DNA from: a virus
Direction: 5' to 3' (one strand)
Length of the DNA stretch: 64,000 nucleotides
IMG/VR virus record: IMGVR_UViG_3300022928_000019
Span: 8,884-72,883 of that record
This document shows positions 18,286 through 26,533 of this stretch, piece after piece. The notes below the pieces were generated by a model. It made no database searches. It was given only the letters and a program-made list of their open reading frames with translations, and was not told where the DNA came from. Within the stretch, counting starts at the first letter, position 1, and each line of letters begins with the position of its first letter. Made by a program: the position numbers and the translations under genes.

Positions 18286-19166
18286 GCTGCCTCCTTATGT
18301 TTCTTTACTTTGTATATGATCTTAGGATACCGACCTTGGGCGTCAGGTATCGGTGGGATAAGAATATCTTGCCCCTGTTTGTTTACGAAGTAGTCGCTAT
18401 GCAAGGTACGCAAGTGACCGACTCTGCCATTTTTAAGCGGACTAGATTTCTTCTGTCCATTTTTTTCTTGGTATTCCCTAATAACTTTAGGCAAGTAGAC
18501 CACGCGATAGAGTGATTGCTTTGAGTCTATCTTGTACTTCTTCTTGATCTGCTTCATTACCTTCTTGTTGCTCCGATCAATTCTACTTGGAGCAAAGTAT
18601 GGTATAGCCGAGTAGTTGATTACCTTGAGTGCCATAAGCACAGTCTCCATTACTTTAATGGCATTATCATCATAGCCTGCGAACTCTATGAACTCTGAGA
18701 TCTTCTTTCTGAGTTCACCCTCGCCACACTCACTCGGTAGGTTGCCTCGGATATGCCCGGATGGATGCTTGATTGTGTATATGATTACATCATCAAACCA
18801 TACAGGTATTCCTGTTGCATCTGGCCCCCACTGCATTGACAGCTTGCAGAGTAATTCCTTTGCTGCTTCATCCTCCAATTTGCATGCATATTCCCAAGCA
18901 TGTTGAATTAAGTTTGCCTGGTGTCCCTTGCTAATAACTATCTCATGGTATTCCTTATCCTCGAACTTAATAGTCAAACTTTCGCTAGGCCACTTTGACT
19001 TAGAAAAGTTATTTGTAACATGGGTTGCTTGCATGGCATCTGTCACGCTTTTATCTACGAGCATAGTTTGCCCATAGTGGTTATTCCATACTTCATTGAT
19101 AATACCTACTGCAGTGGTTGAATCATCATACTCTGCACCTTCACTTCCGAATATTCTCTCAGTCAT
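18282..19166 (-). CDS. Hypothetical phage protein
   Basis: 294 aa, coupled to the helicase; C-terminal RVGHLR motif. Confidence 0.6.
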   Translation of the reverse strand: MTERIFGSEGAEYDDSTTAVGIINEVWNNHYGQTMLVDKSVTDAMQATHVTNNFSKSKWPSESLTIKFEDKEYHEIVISKGHQANLIQHAWEYACKLEDEAAKELLCKLSMQWGPDATGIPVWFDDVIIYTIKHPSGHIRGNLPSECGEGELRKKISEFIEFAGYDDNAIKVMETVLMALKVINYSAIPYFAPSRIDRSNKKVMKQIKKKYKIDSKQSLYRVVYLPKVIREYQEKNGQKKSSPLKNGRVGHLRTLHSDYFVNKQGQDILIPPIPDAQGRYPKIIYKVKKHKEAA

Positions 19167-19202
19167 CTCTCATCCTTTCTTTGTTGGTTGTTTAAAATAA
19201 AT

Positions 19203-19369
19203 TCAGTCGGGGGCAGGTTTTTGGTCATCACGTGGATTTGTTGCCCACGCTCGCATTATCCCTTGCGACCTTGCCCGAAGGCTTCTCCACCTTAGATGCA
19301 CTGAATATAGATGCACCTAAGGCTCAAAATGGAGGCATTAAAGATCGCTCCCTAAGAACCCCCGACTGA
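19203..19369 (-). ncRNA. Candidate multi-stem structured ncRNA
   Basis: 11-bp closing stem (19203-19213/19359-19369) enclosing four hairpins, including a cUUCGg tetraloop; G-U pairs work only on the minus strand. Confidence 0.65.
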
Positions 19370-19372
19370 TAT

Positions 19373-19394
19373 GTCACCTATGATACTAGGTTAC
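19373..19394 (-). promoter_or_regulatory. 22-bp junction motif copy
   Basis: Minus strand GTAACCTA-GTATCA-TAGGTGAC, 3 nt before the ncRNA stem; contains the stop of the 19386 ORF. Confidence 0.7.
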
Positions 19395-19634
19395 TTTCTT
19401 GTGAAGAGCGTAACCCATGCAATTCTTATTCGAGTCCCACACTAGAAACATTTGCCCCTGCTGTAGTGCGACAGTCGTCAGAGGTATTAACTCCTGAGGA
19501 AGATGTAGACTATTAAACCTTAGTGCTATGTCCTCGGCTAAATCACCATCTTGCTTGACGGACTCTGTTTCAAACACCTCATATGCTTTATCAATATTAA
19601 ACGGAGGTGGTTTAAATTTTTCTAGCCTACTCAT
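19386..19634 (-). CDS. Hypothetical protein
   Basis: 82-aa coupled ORF. Confidence 0.55.
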   Translation of the reverse strand: MSRLEKFKPPPFNIDKAYEVFETESVKQDGDLAEDIALRFNSLHLPQELIPLTTVALQQGQMFLVWDSNKNCMGYALHKKVT

Positions 19635-20128
19635 GATATAGCCTTATTAAGTATCCTTGCCAACTCATCCTTTACTATAAAGCGTACACGATCTTCTGTC
19701 AGATTATTGTTAAGAAGAGTAGCAATGGCATTGAGCCTAGGGTCAGGTCTCGGGCTATTGCGCTGCCTTGGAGGCTGCGGTGGGGTATCCTCATCCTCAT
19801 CCTCATCCTCGTCCTCTTCCTCGTCCTCTTCCTCCCAAACTGCCTCGATTGAGTCACGACTTATGTTTGGTTCTGCTAGTTTTGCAATGGGTACTAGCAT
19901 CTTGTAGATCTTTTGCTTGGTTGAGTGGATCTCGTCATCCCTCATGTCCTCATCCTCAGCCCAGTCATCACCGAAGAAGCTCTTTAATAGTTCTCCCTCG
20001 TCTAATACCACTGACTGAAGTGAGTCACAGTCGGCATCAACGTTTTCTTGAAGCCATTGGTTAACCGCATCCCTAGCATTAGGGTTAGCGCGTTGTAGTT
20101 TTAATATTTCTTTGTAGTAGTCACTCAT
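19631..20128 (-). CDS. Hypothetical acidic protein
   Basis: 165 aa with an E/D tract. Confidence 0.6.
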   Translation of the reverse strand: MSDYYKEILKLQRANPNARDAVNQWLQENVDADCDSLQSVVLDEGELLKSFFGDDWAEDEDMRDDEIHSTKQKIYKMLVPIAKLAEPNISRDSIEAVWEEEDEEEDEDEDEDEDTPPQPPRQRNSPRPDPRLNAIATLLNNNLTEDRVRFIVKDELARILNKAIS

Positions 20129-20131
20129 GAT

Positions 20132-20153
20132 GTAATACAGGTATATAGGTTAC
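20132..20153 (-). promoter_or_regulatory. 22-bp junction motif copy
   Basis: Minus strand GTAACCTA-TATACC-TGTATTAC; contains the methyltransferase TAA; ATG 3 nt later. Confidence 0.7.
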
Positions 20154-21622
20154 ATTATAAAATGTGCAAACAAAATTCTGTATGCACGTTCAGCTTGGGT
20201 TGGCACAATGCCATTACCCAAAAGTCTTAGTCTTGGAACTCGCTGAGCCATGACTTCGGGAGAAGCGTAGTATTCTTTGGTAGTCCCATCAGGGATTCTA
20301 CCCATGTAGGGTTGAGCTTCCCCGACTGTGAAAGAAGAGCTAGGTCTCTGCCCAAGCATTTCTGATTGGATTCCACTGATGTCCTCGCTCCCTCCACATG
20401 ATCCGATGCTTGAGGGGTTCCCCATGTGCTGGCTACCTTCCGCCCCAATGTCTCCTGGGATCCCTCGGGTACTGTCCCCATGGTATCCTTCCAATCCCTC
20501 GACATTGGAGTCGGCCACTTCTGCATTGTCTCCACTGCATCTCTCAGCTTGGGAGTCCACTTCTCCCCCTTGGCATTCGTCCGAATGAATCGTCCGTTCT
20601 CTAGGGTCACATTCGGTGCTAGTCCTCCCTCGGCATCGACTGTCCTCGGTGTGGGATACATTATCTCGGGGTTCATCTCGGGGTTCACTACATCCTCCCT
20701 CAGATTCTTGCACCCTCCCTTCTTCTTGTTCCGAGCTAGTGCTTCCCCTGTCTTCGGTGGGAGTACATCCATCGTGTTGGGAGTTGCCCAACTCTTCAGT
20801 GCCACTGCTGACAGACTCGGACTCTGCCTGTTCTTCTCCGACTCGGGAGTTCCGTCCGTCTTCCCTGTCCTCGGGGTAGGCCATGATGACTCTTGGTTCT
20901 TCCCATCCGTACTGAGCTTCCCCTGGACGTGAAGGCCATGTACCTGCTCGCCAAGGTTGCTTTTCCCCCGATCCGTCATGCAAGCTCGGGAGTCTTGCTC
21001 TTTCGGAGTCCCCCAACCTTCGTTCAATTTCAGTGTCAGGGTTTGTGTTACGGAAGAGCATGAAGACTCGCTTACGTTGGTGAGGCGCGCCTTCTTCACT
21101 CGCACTGACCAATGTGAACGCACCCTCGTAACCAATTTTTTCCATGTATCCCATGACATATTTGAGAACGCTTGTGTCCTGCTCGCCACCGAACTTACAA
21201 CTGATGATCCCTTCGACATTTTCGAGGGCAACCCAGTTTGGTCGGCAAAGCTGAACTCCGTCTGCAATGAAGGGGAACAAGTGCCTTGGGTCTTCAGTTC
21301 CCTTCCGAATGCCTGACGATGAGAAGGGTTGGCAAGGGAATCCCGCAGATAAGATGTCCACGCATCCACGGAACTTTCCGTATGGGAACTCTTTAACATC
21401 CGTAAAGATAGGTGCTTCAGAAAGTTCACCCTCTTCAATCTTCGCAACCAAGTTGGCGCAAGCGTATCCTTCCCGTTCCACGTATGCGATTTCTCGCAAG
21501 TTTGGGAATAGTCCTCGAAGTCCTCTCCCCATCCCTTCATATCCACTGCACATAGAGAGGTGAGTGACGACGTTCTCGGTAAGTATACCCTGTAATTGTT
21601 CTTCTTCATAATCTAGATTCAT
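20150..21622 (-). CDS. C5 cytosine DNA methyltransferase, alpha-like chain
   Basis: Motif I-like SMCSGYEG, motif IV AGFPCQPFS, VI ENV, VIII HQRKRVF, X RLRLLGNGIVP; likely start ATG 21622. Confidence 0.9.
   Translation of the reverse strand: MNLDYEEEQLQGILTENVVTHLSMCSGYEGMGRGLRGLFPNLREIAYVEREGYACANLVAKIEEGELSEAPIFTDVKEFPYGKFRGCVDILSAGFPCQPFSSSGIRKGTEDPRHLFPFIADGVQLCRPNWVALENVEGIISCKFGGEQDTSVLKYVMGYMEKIGYEGAFTLVSASEEGAPHQRKRVFMLFRNTNPDTEIERRLGDSERARLPSLHDGSGEKQPWRAGTWPSRPGEAQYGWEEPRVIMAYPEDREDGRNSRVGEEQAESESVSSGTEELGNSQHDGCTPTEDRGSTSSEQEEGRVQESEGGCSEPRDEPRDNVSHTEDSRCRGRTSTECDPRERTIHSDECQGGEVDSQAERCSGDNAEVADSNVEGLEGYHGDSTRGIPGDIGAEGSQHMGNPSSIGSCGGSEDISGIQSEMLGQRPSSSFTVGEAQPYMGRIPDGTTKEYYASPEVMAQRVPRLRLLGNGIVPTQAERAYRILFAHFIM
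20227..21609 (-). CDS. Nested alternative-frame ORF: WPTP-repeat, motif IX-bearing methyltransferase beta-like chain
   Basis: 460 stop-free codons on the same strand; WGTP/WPTP/WATP/YPTP repeats and LNPTWVESLMGLPKNTT. Confidence 0.65.
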   Translation of the reverse strand: MKKNNYRVYLPRTSSLTSLCAVDMKGWGEDFEDYSQTCEKSHTWNGKDTLAPTWLRRLKRVNFLKHLSLRMLKSSHTESSVDAWTSYLRDSLANPSHRQAFGRELKTQGTCSPSLQTEFSFADQTGLPSKMSKGSSVVSSVASRTQAFSNMSWDTWKKLVTRVRSHWSVRVKKARLTNVSESSCSSVTQTLTLKLNEGWGTPKEQDSRACMTDRGKSNLGEQVHGLHVQGKLSTDGKNQESSWPTPRTGKTDGTPESEKNRQSPSLSAVALKSWATPNTMDVLPPKTGEALARNKKKGGCKNLREDVVNPEMNPEIMYPTPRTVDAEGGLAPNVTLENGRFIRTNAKGEKWTPKLRDAVETMQKWPTPMSRDWKDTMGTVPEGSQETLGRKVASTWGTPQASDHVEGARTSVESNQKCLGRDLALLSQSGKLNPTWVESLMGLPKNTTLLPKSWLSEFQD

Positions 21623-21623
21623 T

Positions 21624-21645
21624 GTAATATAAAAATATAGGTAAC
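21624..21645 (-). promoter_or_regulatory. 22-bp junction motif copy
   Basis: Minus strand GTTACCTA-TATTTT-TATATTAC, 1 nt before ATG 21622. Confidence 0.65.
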
Positions 21646-21715
21646 ATTTGTTAGCGATAGAGCGACATTGCCATAAGGACAACCCCCACCCAAAATAGAA
21701 TAATTAGTAGGTCAT

Positions 21716-22108
21716 TCATTTTGCCCACACCATTGGTAAGATTAGCCATGCACGAGAGGCATTTAATATGGGTTCACCCTTATGCGTTACGAAGCTCTCG
21801 TTTTCCATCGGGTTGTACTTTACCCTTTTCCATGTCTCATCCCCCAAAGCCCGAATAGACGTTGGGTTCGGGTGAAGGATTCCCCTTAGCCATGCATGAA
21901 CCTCCTTCCTCTTGTTAGCCACTACCTTTAGACGAGTCTTATCTCGAACAACAAAAGAAGGCTTATCAAGGTGAGCAATATCGGCATGAGCCTTAACCAA
22001 ACCATCCTGACGAATACTCCAGCAATCCTGATGCAGGTTTCGATACACATCAAAAGGTCTATTAAAATCCAAATGATAACGTGGGTCATGTTGTTTTAGT
22101 AGTTTCAT
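21716..22108 (-). CDS. Conserved hypothetical phage protein
   Basis: VYRNLH..CWSIRQ.G.V..HA...KRKEVHA...V.YNP pattern. Confidence 0.65.
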   Translation of the reverse strand: MKLLKQHDPRYHLDFNRPFDVYRNLHQDCWSIRQDGLVKAHADIAHLDKPSFVVRDKTRLKVVANKRKEVHAWLRGILHPNPTSIRALGDETWKRVKYNPMENESFVTHKGEPILNASRAWLILPMVWAK

Positions 22109-22410
22109 ACTTCCTCCAGTGATTCTAAGATCTTGTCGTGGTCTAGCTTTGCTGCGATAGACTCCAAGACTTTGTCGTGATTAGTTATAAAGTGAGAGAT
22201 ATCTGATTCCTCGTCATGTAGCAGAACGCTACACAACTTGGTTACTCGGATATCCTCCACATAGTCAGGGCAGTGGTGGGTACTACTGATACTTCCATAG
22301 TCGTAGTCGAATGAATCGTTGCCGACACCGAACTCAGCAGTTCCACTCACTGTTACATTAACACCGAGGACATTCATTTCTTCGTCCTCAAACTCATACT
22401 CATAGCTCAT
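22105..22410 (-). CDS. Hypothetical acidic protein
   Basis: 101 aa, coupled. Confidence 0.6.
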   Translation of the reverse strand: MSYEYEFEDEEMNVLGVNVTVSGTAEFGVGNDSFDYDYGSISSTHHCPDYVEDIRVTKLCSVLLHDEESDISHFITNHDKVLESIAAKLDHDKILESLEEV

Positions 22411-22411
22411 A

Positions 22412-22462
22412 GTTATATAATATATTAGGTTACAATTATTGTCGCTAAAAAACGTAGGTTAT
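22412..22462 (-). promoter_or_regulatory. Two tandem 22-bp junction motif copies
   Basis: Minus strand ATAACCTA-CGTTTT-TTAGCGAC (22441-22462) and GTAACCTA-ATATAT-TATATAAC (22412-22433). Confidence 0.65.
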
Positions 22463-22716
22463 TCCTCGTCTTCGTCTTCGTTACGGATAGAGTCATAATA
22501 AATAGCATCTTCATCTAGTTTAGTGACAATGGATCCATGTCTATCAAACTCTAGTCCGAGTCTATCCATTATGATGTTCATTGATAGCTTCACATCATCC
22601 TCTGTTGGTTCTCTATCCTTGGGTTCATTGCTTTGGAGGTCGGCTGCCCATTGATGGACAGCCTCCCACACTACTTCTACTGATTCTCGTACACTGCCGT
22701 GCGTAGGTTTACTCAT
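22459..22716 (-). CDS. Hypothetical protein
   Basis: 85 aa, in the early-gene array. Confidence 0.6.
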   Translation of the reverse strand: MSKPTHGSVRESVEVVWEAVHQWAADLQSNEPKDREPTEDDVKLSMNIIMDRLGLEFDRHGSIVTKLDEDAIYYDSIRNEDEDEE

Positions 22717-22886
22717 GATTCACTTTCCTCTTCATCTATTTCAATGCAATAGTCATGTACGCCAGCGTCATAGCCTTGCTTATAATGGACTCTGTTTATA
22801 TCGTTATGGTCATAAGGATTTTCTTCCACGCCATGTTCATAGCCATGTAAATATCCTATTTGGTAAGCTTCTGTTTTATTACTCAT
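22713..22886 (-). CDS. Small Rmf-like-motif protein (57 aa, not in ORF track)
   Basis: AYQIGYLHGYEHG..ENPY......HYKQGYDAG; AAGGA RBS; ATGA overlap. Confidence 0.55.
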   Translation of the reverse strand: MSNKTEAYQIGYLHGYEHGVEENPYDHNDINRVHYKQGYDAGVHDYCIEIDEEESES

Positions 22887-22898
22887 AGTTTTCCTTTC

Positions 22899-23525
22899 TT
22901 ATTTTAGGTTAGTTATTTTATCCATTACTTGATCGAATGTCTTGCTACCGAATCGTAGCATTTTAGCCGTTATCTTTCTCTTTGCATAGTTCTTGAACTC
23001 CCAAGAGAACAATCCATTAGCTACGCTGAATGCGAAGTACATAGGATCTTGATTCCATCCTCTCCTAGTGTGCTTGACATCATTATCGAAACACCAATCG
23101 ACTGCTTGATCAACCATCCTACAGGCTTTACACCATGCATCGATCTTCTCTTTGTCTGTGTTGGTCGGGAGAATATGATACCCTCCACACTCTATGAAAC
23201 AACCAGTCTCGGAGTTAAGCGTGGAATCCAATATGATAAACTTGCCCTTTGCACCTGCATTTATTTTTGCATAGTCAAAGCAATAGAAGTCATCACCTGA
23301 TCCACACGCATAGTAGAGATGCCCATAAGGACTTGTAAGGTTGTATAGCTCAATGTCATTAATCTTATAGTGTCCTTGGTCATCCTGTGGTATGAGCCAT
23401 GGTTTCAGACTGCCATCTCTGTGGTCGTAAGGATCAAGTAATCGCTTGTCCTCACTCATTGGGTAGTCTGTTATGTGACATTGGTATGCCACCTTGCTAG
23501 TTCCTAGGTCTTTGTAGTATCCCAT
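22899..23525 (-). CDS. Hypothetical protein
   Basis: 208 aa. Confidence 0.6.
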   Translation of the reverse strand: MGYYKDLGTSKVAYQCHITDYPMSEDKRLLDPYDHRDGSLKPWLIPQDDQGHYKINDIELYNLTSPYGHLYYACGSGDDFYCFDYAKINAGAKGKFIILDSTLNSETGCFIECGGYHILPTNTDKEKIDAWCKACRMVDQAVDWCFDNDVKHTRRGWNQDPMYFAFSVANGLFSWEFKNYAKRKITAKMLRFGSKTFDQVMDKITNLK

Positions 23526-23527
23526 TA

Positions 23528-23803
23528 TTAGTTCTCCGTTTGCAGTTCATACTCAACATCCTCAGCACACATCCTAATCGTACCAAGCACTCCCTGGATT
23601 TCAGCTAGAGCTTCTCTTGCGGTCATCCACCCTTCTTCACCCCTTGGGTAATGGTTACGCCCATGGAATGAATGACTAGGTATCTTTTGGATAGCACTAT
23701 CAATAGCAGAATAAAACTCCTGCCACTCATTTATTAATGTTTGTTTGTCATCACCATTCATATGTACGAATGGCATGACTGCGTCCTTGTATATGTATTT
23801 CAT
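23528..23803 (-). CDS. Hypothetical protein
   Basis: 91 aa; P.VHMNG...HGRNHYP pattern. Confidence 0.6.
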   Translation of the reverse strand: MKYIYKDAVMPFVHMNGDDKQTLINEWQEFYSAIDSAIQKIPSHSFHGRNHYPRGEEGWMTAREALAEIQGVLGTIRMCAEDVEYELQTEN

Positions 23804-23805
23804 TA

Positions 23806-24231
23806 TTAGTCCTCCGTTTCTATTCTAGTTGGTTCATGTTTGATTTCTTGTGGTGCATGATACCACTGGGTGTGTTCAACAGTTCCTTTCTCAAGGTCAT
23901 ATGTGAAGTCATCACCATAGTCAGTGCCATCACCGGCCCCATTGTAGTACCCACCAGGGTAGTCAGCCCAACGATCAATCATATCCCCGGCCTTTTGGAC
24001 GGCAGCCTTGGTAAGATCTCCATGAGGCTTACCATCAAGCAGAATATCATCATGCTCGTTGATATCACCATAGTAGTATCCCTCATCGGATCCACCTGAG
24101 TACGATATCGTGAACTTAATTACGCCATGCTCCTTGAGGTAGTTTAATAGTTCCTTGGTCAATGGCTTAGGCCCATTGCTCCAATCCCACTCTTCTTGTC
24201 CTAGGTTAATGCTTGGTTTGTCTTCACTCAT
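23806..24231 (-). CDS. DUF6878-like protein
   Basis: I.YSGGSDEG motif; adjacent to the DUF6915-like gene; start chosen at the ATGA overlap. Confidence 0.6.
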   Translation of the reverse strand: MSEDKPSINLGQEEWDWSNGPKPLTKELLNYLKEHGVIKFTISYSGGSDEGYYYGDINEHDDILLDGKPHGDLTKAAVQKAGDMIDRWADYPGGYYNGAGDGTDYGDDFTYDLEKGTVEHTQWYHAPQEIKHEPTRIETED

Positions 24232-24602
24232 AGTATTTCTATCTCCTTTTTGGTTTTGTAGCCGACTTTTAACATCCAATCGGCAGGTTGTTGTTTGATT
24301 CCCCTTAGCCAATCTTGTGGCGTGGGGATAAATCCGCAGTCCTCCATCACATGTTGCTCGGCAACTAGCTTGGTAGGTACTATTCTGAATTTGTCTCCAT
24401 TATCATCTTGATCAATTAATATCTCGTGACCGAGTATGCTACAGCACCACTCAATCCCGGCGCTATGATGTCTTAATGCGCGATGAGTCCAATCACCTGT
24501 AAAGGCTTTGGTCTCATCGAACCAGTTATGTACATAAAGATATTCATCGGGTTCTCCTCCGAACTTCTTTGCTGATGATTCTGCGTGTTTATATGGTGTC
24601 AT
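24228..24602 (-). CDS. DUF6915-like protein
   Basis: PYKHAESSAKKFGG...HNWFDETKA...HRALRHH...EQHV.EDCGFIP..DW. Confidence 0.7.
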   Translation of the reverse strand: MTPYKHAESSAKKFGGEPDEYLYVHNWFDETKAFTGDWTHRALRHHSAGIEWCCSILGHEILIDQDDNGDKFRIVPTKLVAEQHVMEDCGFIPTPQDWLRGIKQQPADWMLKVGYKTKKEIEIL

Positions 24603-24771
24603 TTATTTTCCTCCTTTAGTAGTTCTGTGTATCTTCTGATGAAGTGCCTAGCTGCGTAGTACTCCTCTGTGGTAAGTTCATTCTTTCTCCACATAGATTC
24701 AGCTTCAGCTTCTAGTTTCTCTTGTATATTCATATATTTGATCCTTCCTATCATCGCCCCCAACCGTAGTA

Positions 24772-24793
24772 GCAACCTAGAGAACTAGGTTAC
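24772..24793 (-). promoter_or_regulatory. 22-bp junction motif copy within an extended 14-bp hairpin
   Basis: Minus strand TAGTAGTAACCTAG-TTCT-CTAGGTTGCTACTA. Confidence 0.65.
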
Positions 24794-24810
24794 TACTAGG
24801 GGGGTGTTTG

Positions 24811-25605
24811 TTATCCCTGAATATTAAACTCTGCTGCTAACTCTTCGAACATCTTGTCCCATGTGGAACTGCTCTCGTAGTAGGTGAGGGCAAAGCGTAT
24901 AGCCTCATCTCTTGCACTATGATTTTCCCAAGATAGAAGCTCGGTGTGCAACTGAAACACGGTATAGTTGTTGCCCCATGCCTTAATCTCATCCTTGAGT
25001 TCCTCGGGGATTGTTTCCTCGGGTAGTAGTTTTGCTAAATCCCTAAAGTGACAGCTAAGATTCTCGGCATCGCAAAGGTCACTATCGGGTGATGAGACAT
25101 CAAGGCACTCCTCTATAGCATCAGGCTCACAGAATTCGAAGTCTCCTTCCCCTGACTCCGTTGCATTGACAAGTAGTTGCCTAAGAGGGTCTGGGGTAAT
25201 CTTATCGGATGTCTCTTTCTCTAGTGTATACTGGAATTTCTGAAGTATACCATCTACCTCTTCTCTACTCTGCTCTAGTTCTTCACATGCACTCGTGAAT
25301 TTGTCTCTAGCCCAATTATACTCACAAGCCTTTTCGGAGTACCAAGACTCTAGTTCATCGTATGCTTCCTCTAGGTCGTTGTACTTTCTAGAAGCATTAT
25401 CTTGTGCGTCGATGTAATCCTCGATGCCCTTGCGTTCCTCTGCGGTAAGAGTCAAGCCATACTCTCGGCATGCCTTCTCAGCTTGGGCTATTTCCCTGAG
25501 CCTCGATTCGTTGGCTTCTCTTATCCTCGCTTCCTCGGCTTGTTTAAGTAGCTCTTCAGAGCTTGCGTTAACTACTGCGGTTTCTTGGTTATTTTGATCA
25601 CTCAT
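24811..25605 (-). CDS. Acidic coiled-coil protein
   Basis: 264 aa, very Glu-rich. Confidence 0.65.
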   Translation of the reverse strand: MSDQNNQETAVVNASSEELLKQAEEARIREANESRLREIAQAEKACREYGLTLTAEERKGIEDYIDAQDNASRKYNDLEEAYDELESWYSEKACEYNWARDKFTSACEELEQSREEVDGILQKFQYTLEKETSDKITPDPLRQLLVNATESGEGDFEFCEPDAIEECLDVSSPDSDLCDAENLSCHFRDLAKLLPEETIPEELKDEIKAWGNNYTVFQLHTELLSWENHSARDEAIRFALTYYESSSTWDKMFEELAAEFNIQG

Positions 25606-25622
25606 GGTTATATCTTTCTTAT

Positions 25623-25644
25623 GTTATTTGGTTATTTGGGTTAC
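25623..25644 (-). promoter_or_regulatory. 22-bp junction motif copy (degenerate)
   Basis: Minus strand GTAACCCA-AATAAC-CAAATAAC, contains a TAA stop. Confidence 0.5.
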
Positions 25645-25875
25645 ACTTAGTTCCCTTGTATTGCATTTAATATCAAGGGTTATATCGTCCTTCTTGAATC
25701 GGAGGACGAAAGGTTTCTTTTTGAAATGGATGAACTCACCGCCATCCTTCTCTACTGCTTTGCGAGCATGATCTTCATAGTCAGACCAATCCTCGTACAT
25801 CCATTCATCTCTCCACCTATCGAAGAGATACTCAATGGTTCCAGTTAGTTTTTTGGCTAATTCTTCAGCACTCAT
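25624..25875 (-). CDS. Hypothetical protein
   Basis: 83 aa, coupled. Confidence 0.6.
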   Translation of the reverse strand: MSAEELAKKLTGTIEYLFDRWRDEWMYEDWSDYEDHARKAVEKDGGEFIHFKKKPFVLRFKKDDITLDIKCNTRELSVTQITK

Positions 25876-26078
25876 CTGTCTTCATCCTCCTTGTCGAAGT
25901 ATTGGGTTACGAAGTAATGGTAATCAGAGCTACACTGCTTGTCTGATGCTGCATAATCGAAGGCACCCTCTTGCTCTTTGAACATACCGATCACGCCTTT
26001 GAGGCTACCATCGAATGGGCAGGTAAGAACTATCGCCCATCTATTACTCGGCTTGCACTTGCACTCGCACTCAGTCAT
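25872..26078 (-). CDS. Hypothetical protein
   Basis: 68 aa, coupled. Confidence 0.55.
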   Translation of the reverse strand: MTECECKCKPSNRWAIVLTCPFDGSLKGVIGMFKEQEGAFDYAASDKQCSSDYHYFVTQYFDKEDEDR

Positions 26079-26511
26079 TGTGTATACCCTCCCTTGCTTC
26101 TGCTACCTCGATGCCCGACTCCTCATCCTCATCCTCACCCTCATCTGATGCCGTGCCTCCCTCCTCATAGTGGTAGTAGTTCTGCTTGCGAAGGAACTTG
26201 GCACACTCAATCCATAGCTCATTAGATATGAGAGGGATAGTGAATGACTCACGAGATCCATCATGCTCTAGTCGCTTCTTCTCTTCGGCTAGTATCTCTT
26301 CCTCCTTGGCAATCACTTGATCGGCAAACTCATTGATTGCCTGGATGATGAATGGCCCGATCATCGGGTTAGTGTAGTTGCAAAGGTATCTGAGATACTC
26401 ACCATTGCTCATGCTACCACCCATCTCGGGGTCTTGTGACTTGATTGGTTTTCTTTCCACAGCGTGTAAGCCTGGAATCCTTTTAAGTTTAATGTTACTT
26501 GGATCACTCAT
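26071..26511 (-). CDS. Hypothetical protein
   Basis: ORF; ATG 26511 lies immediately after a junction motif. Confidence 0.6.
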   Translation of the reverse strand: MSDPSNIKLKRIPGLHAVERKPIKSQDPEMGGSMSNGEYLRYLCNYTNPMIGPFIIQAINEFADQVIAKEEEILAEEKKRLEHDGSRESFTIPLISNELWIECAKFLRKQNYYHYEEGGTASDEGEDEDEESGIEVAEAREGIHND

Positions 26512-26533
26512 GTTATTCATATATCTAGGTTAC
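26512..26533 (-). promoter_or_regulatory. 22-bp junction motif copy
   Basis: Minus strand GTAACCTA-GATATA-TGAATAAC-ATG; contains the upstream TAA. Confidence 0.7.
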
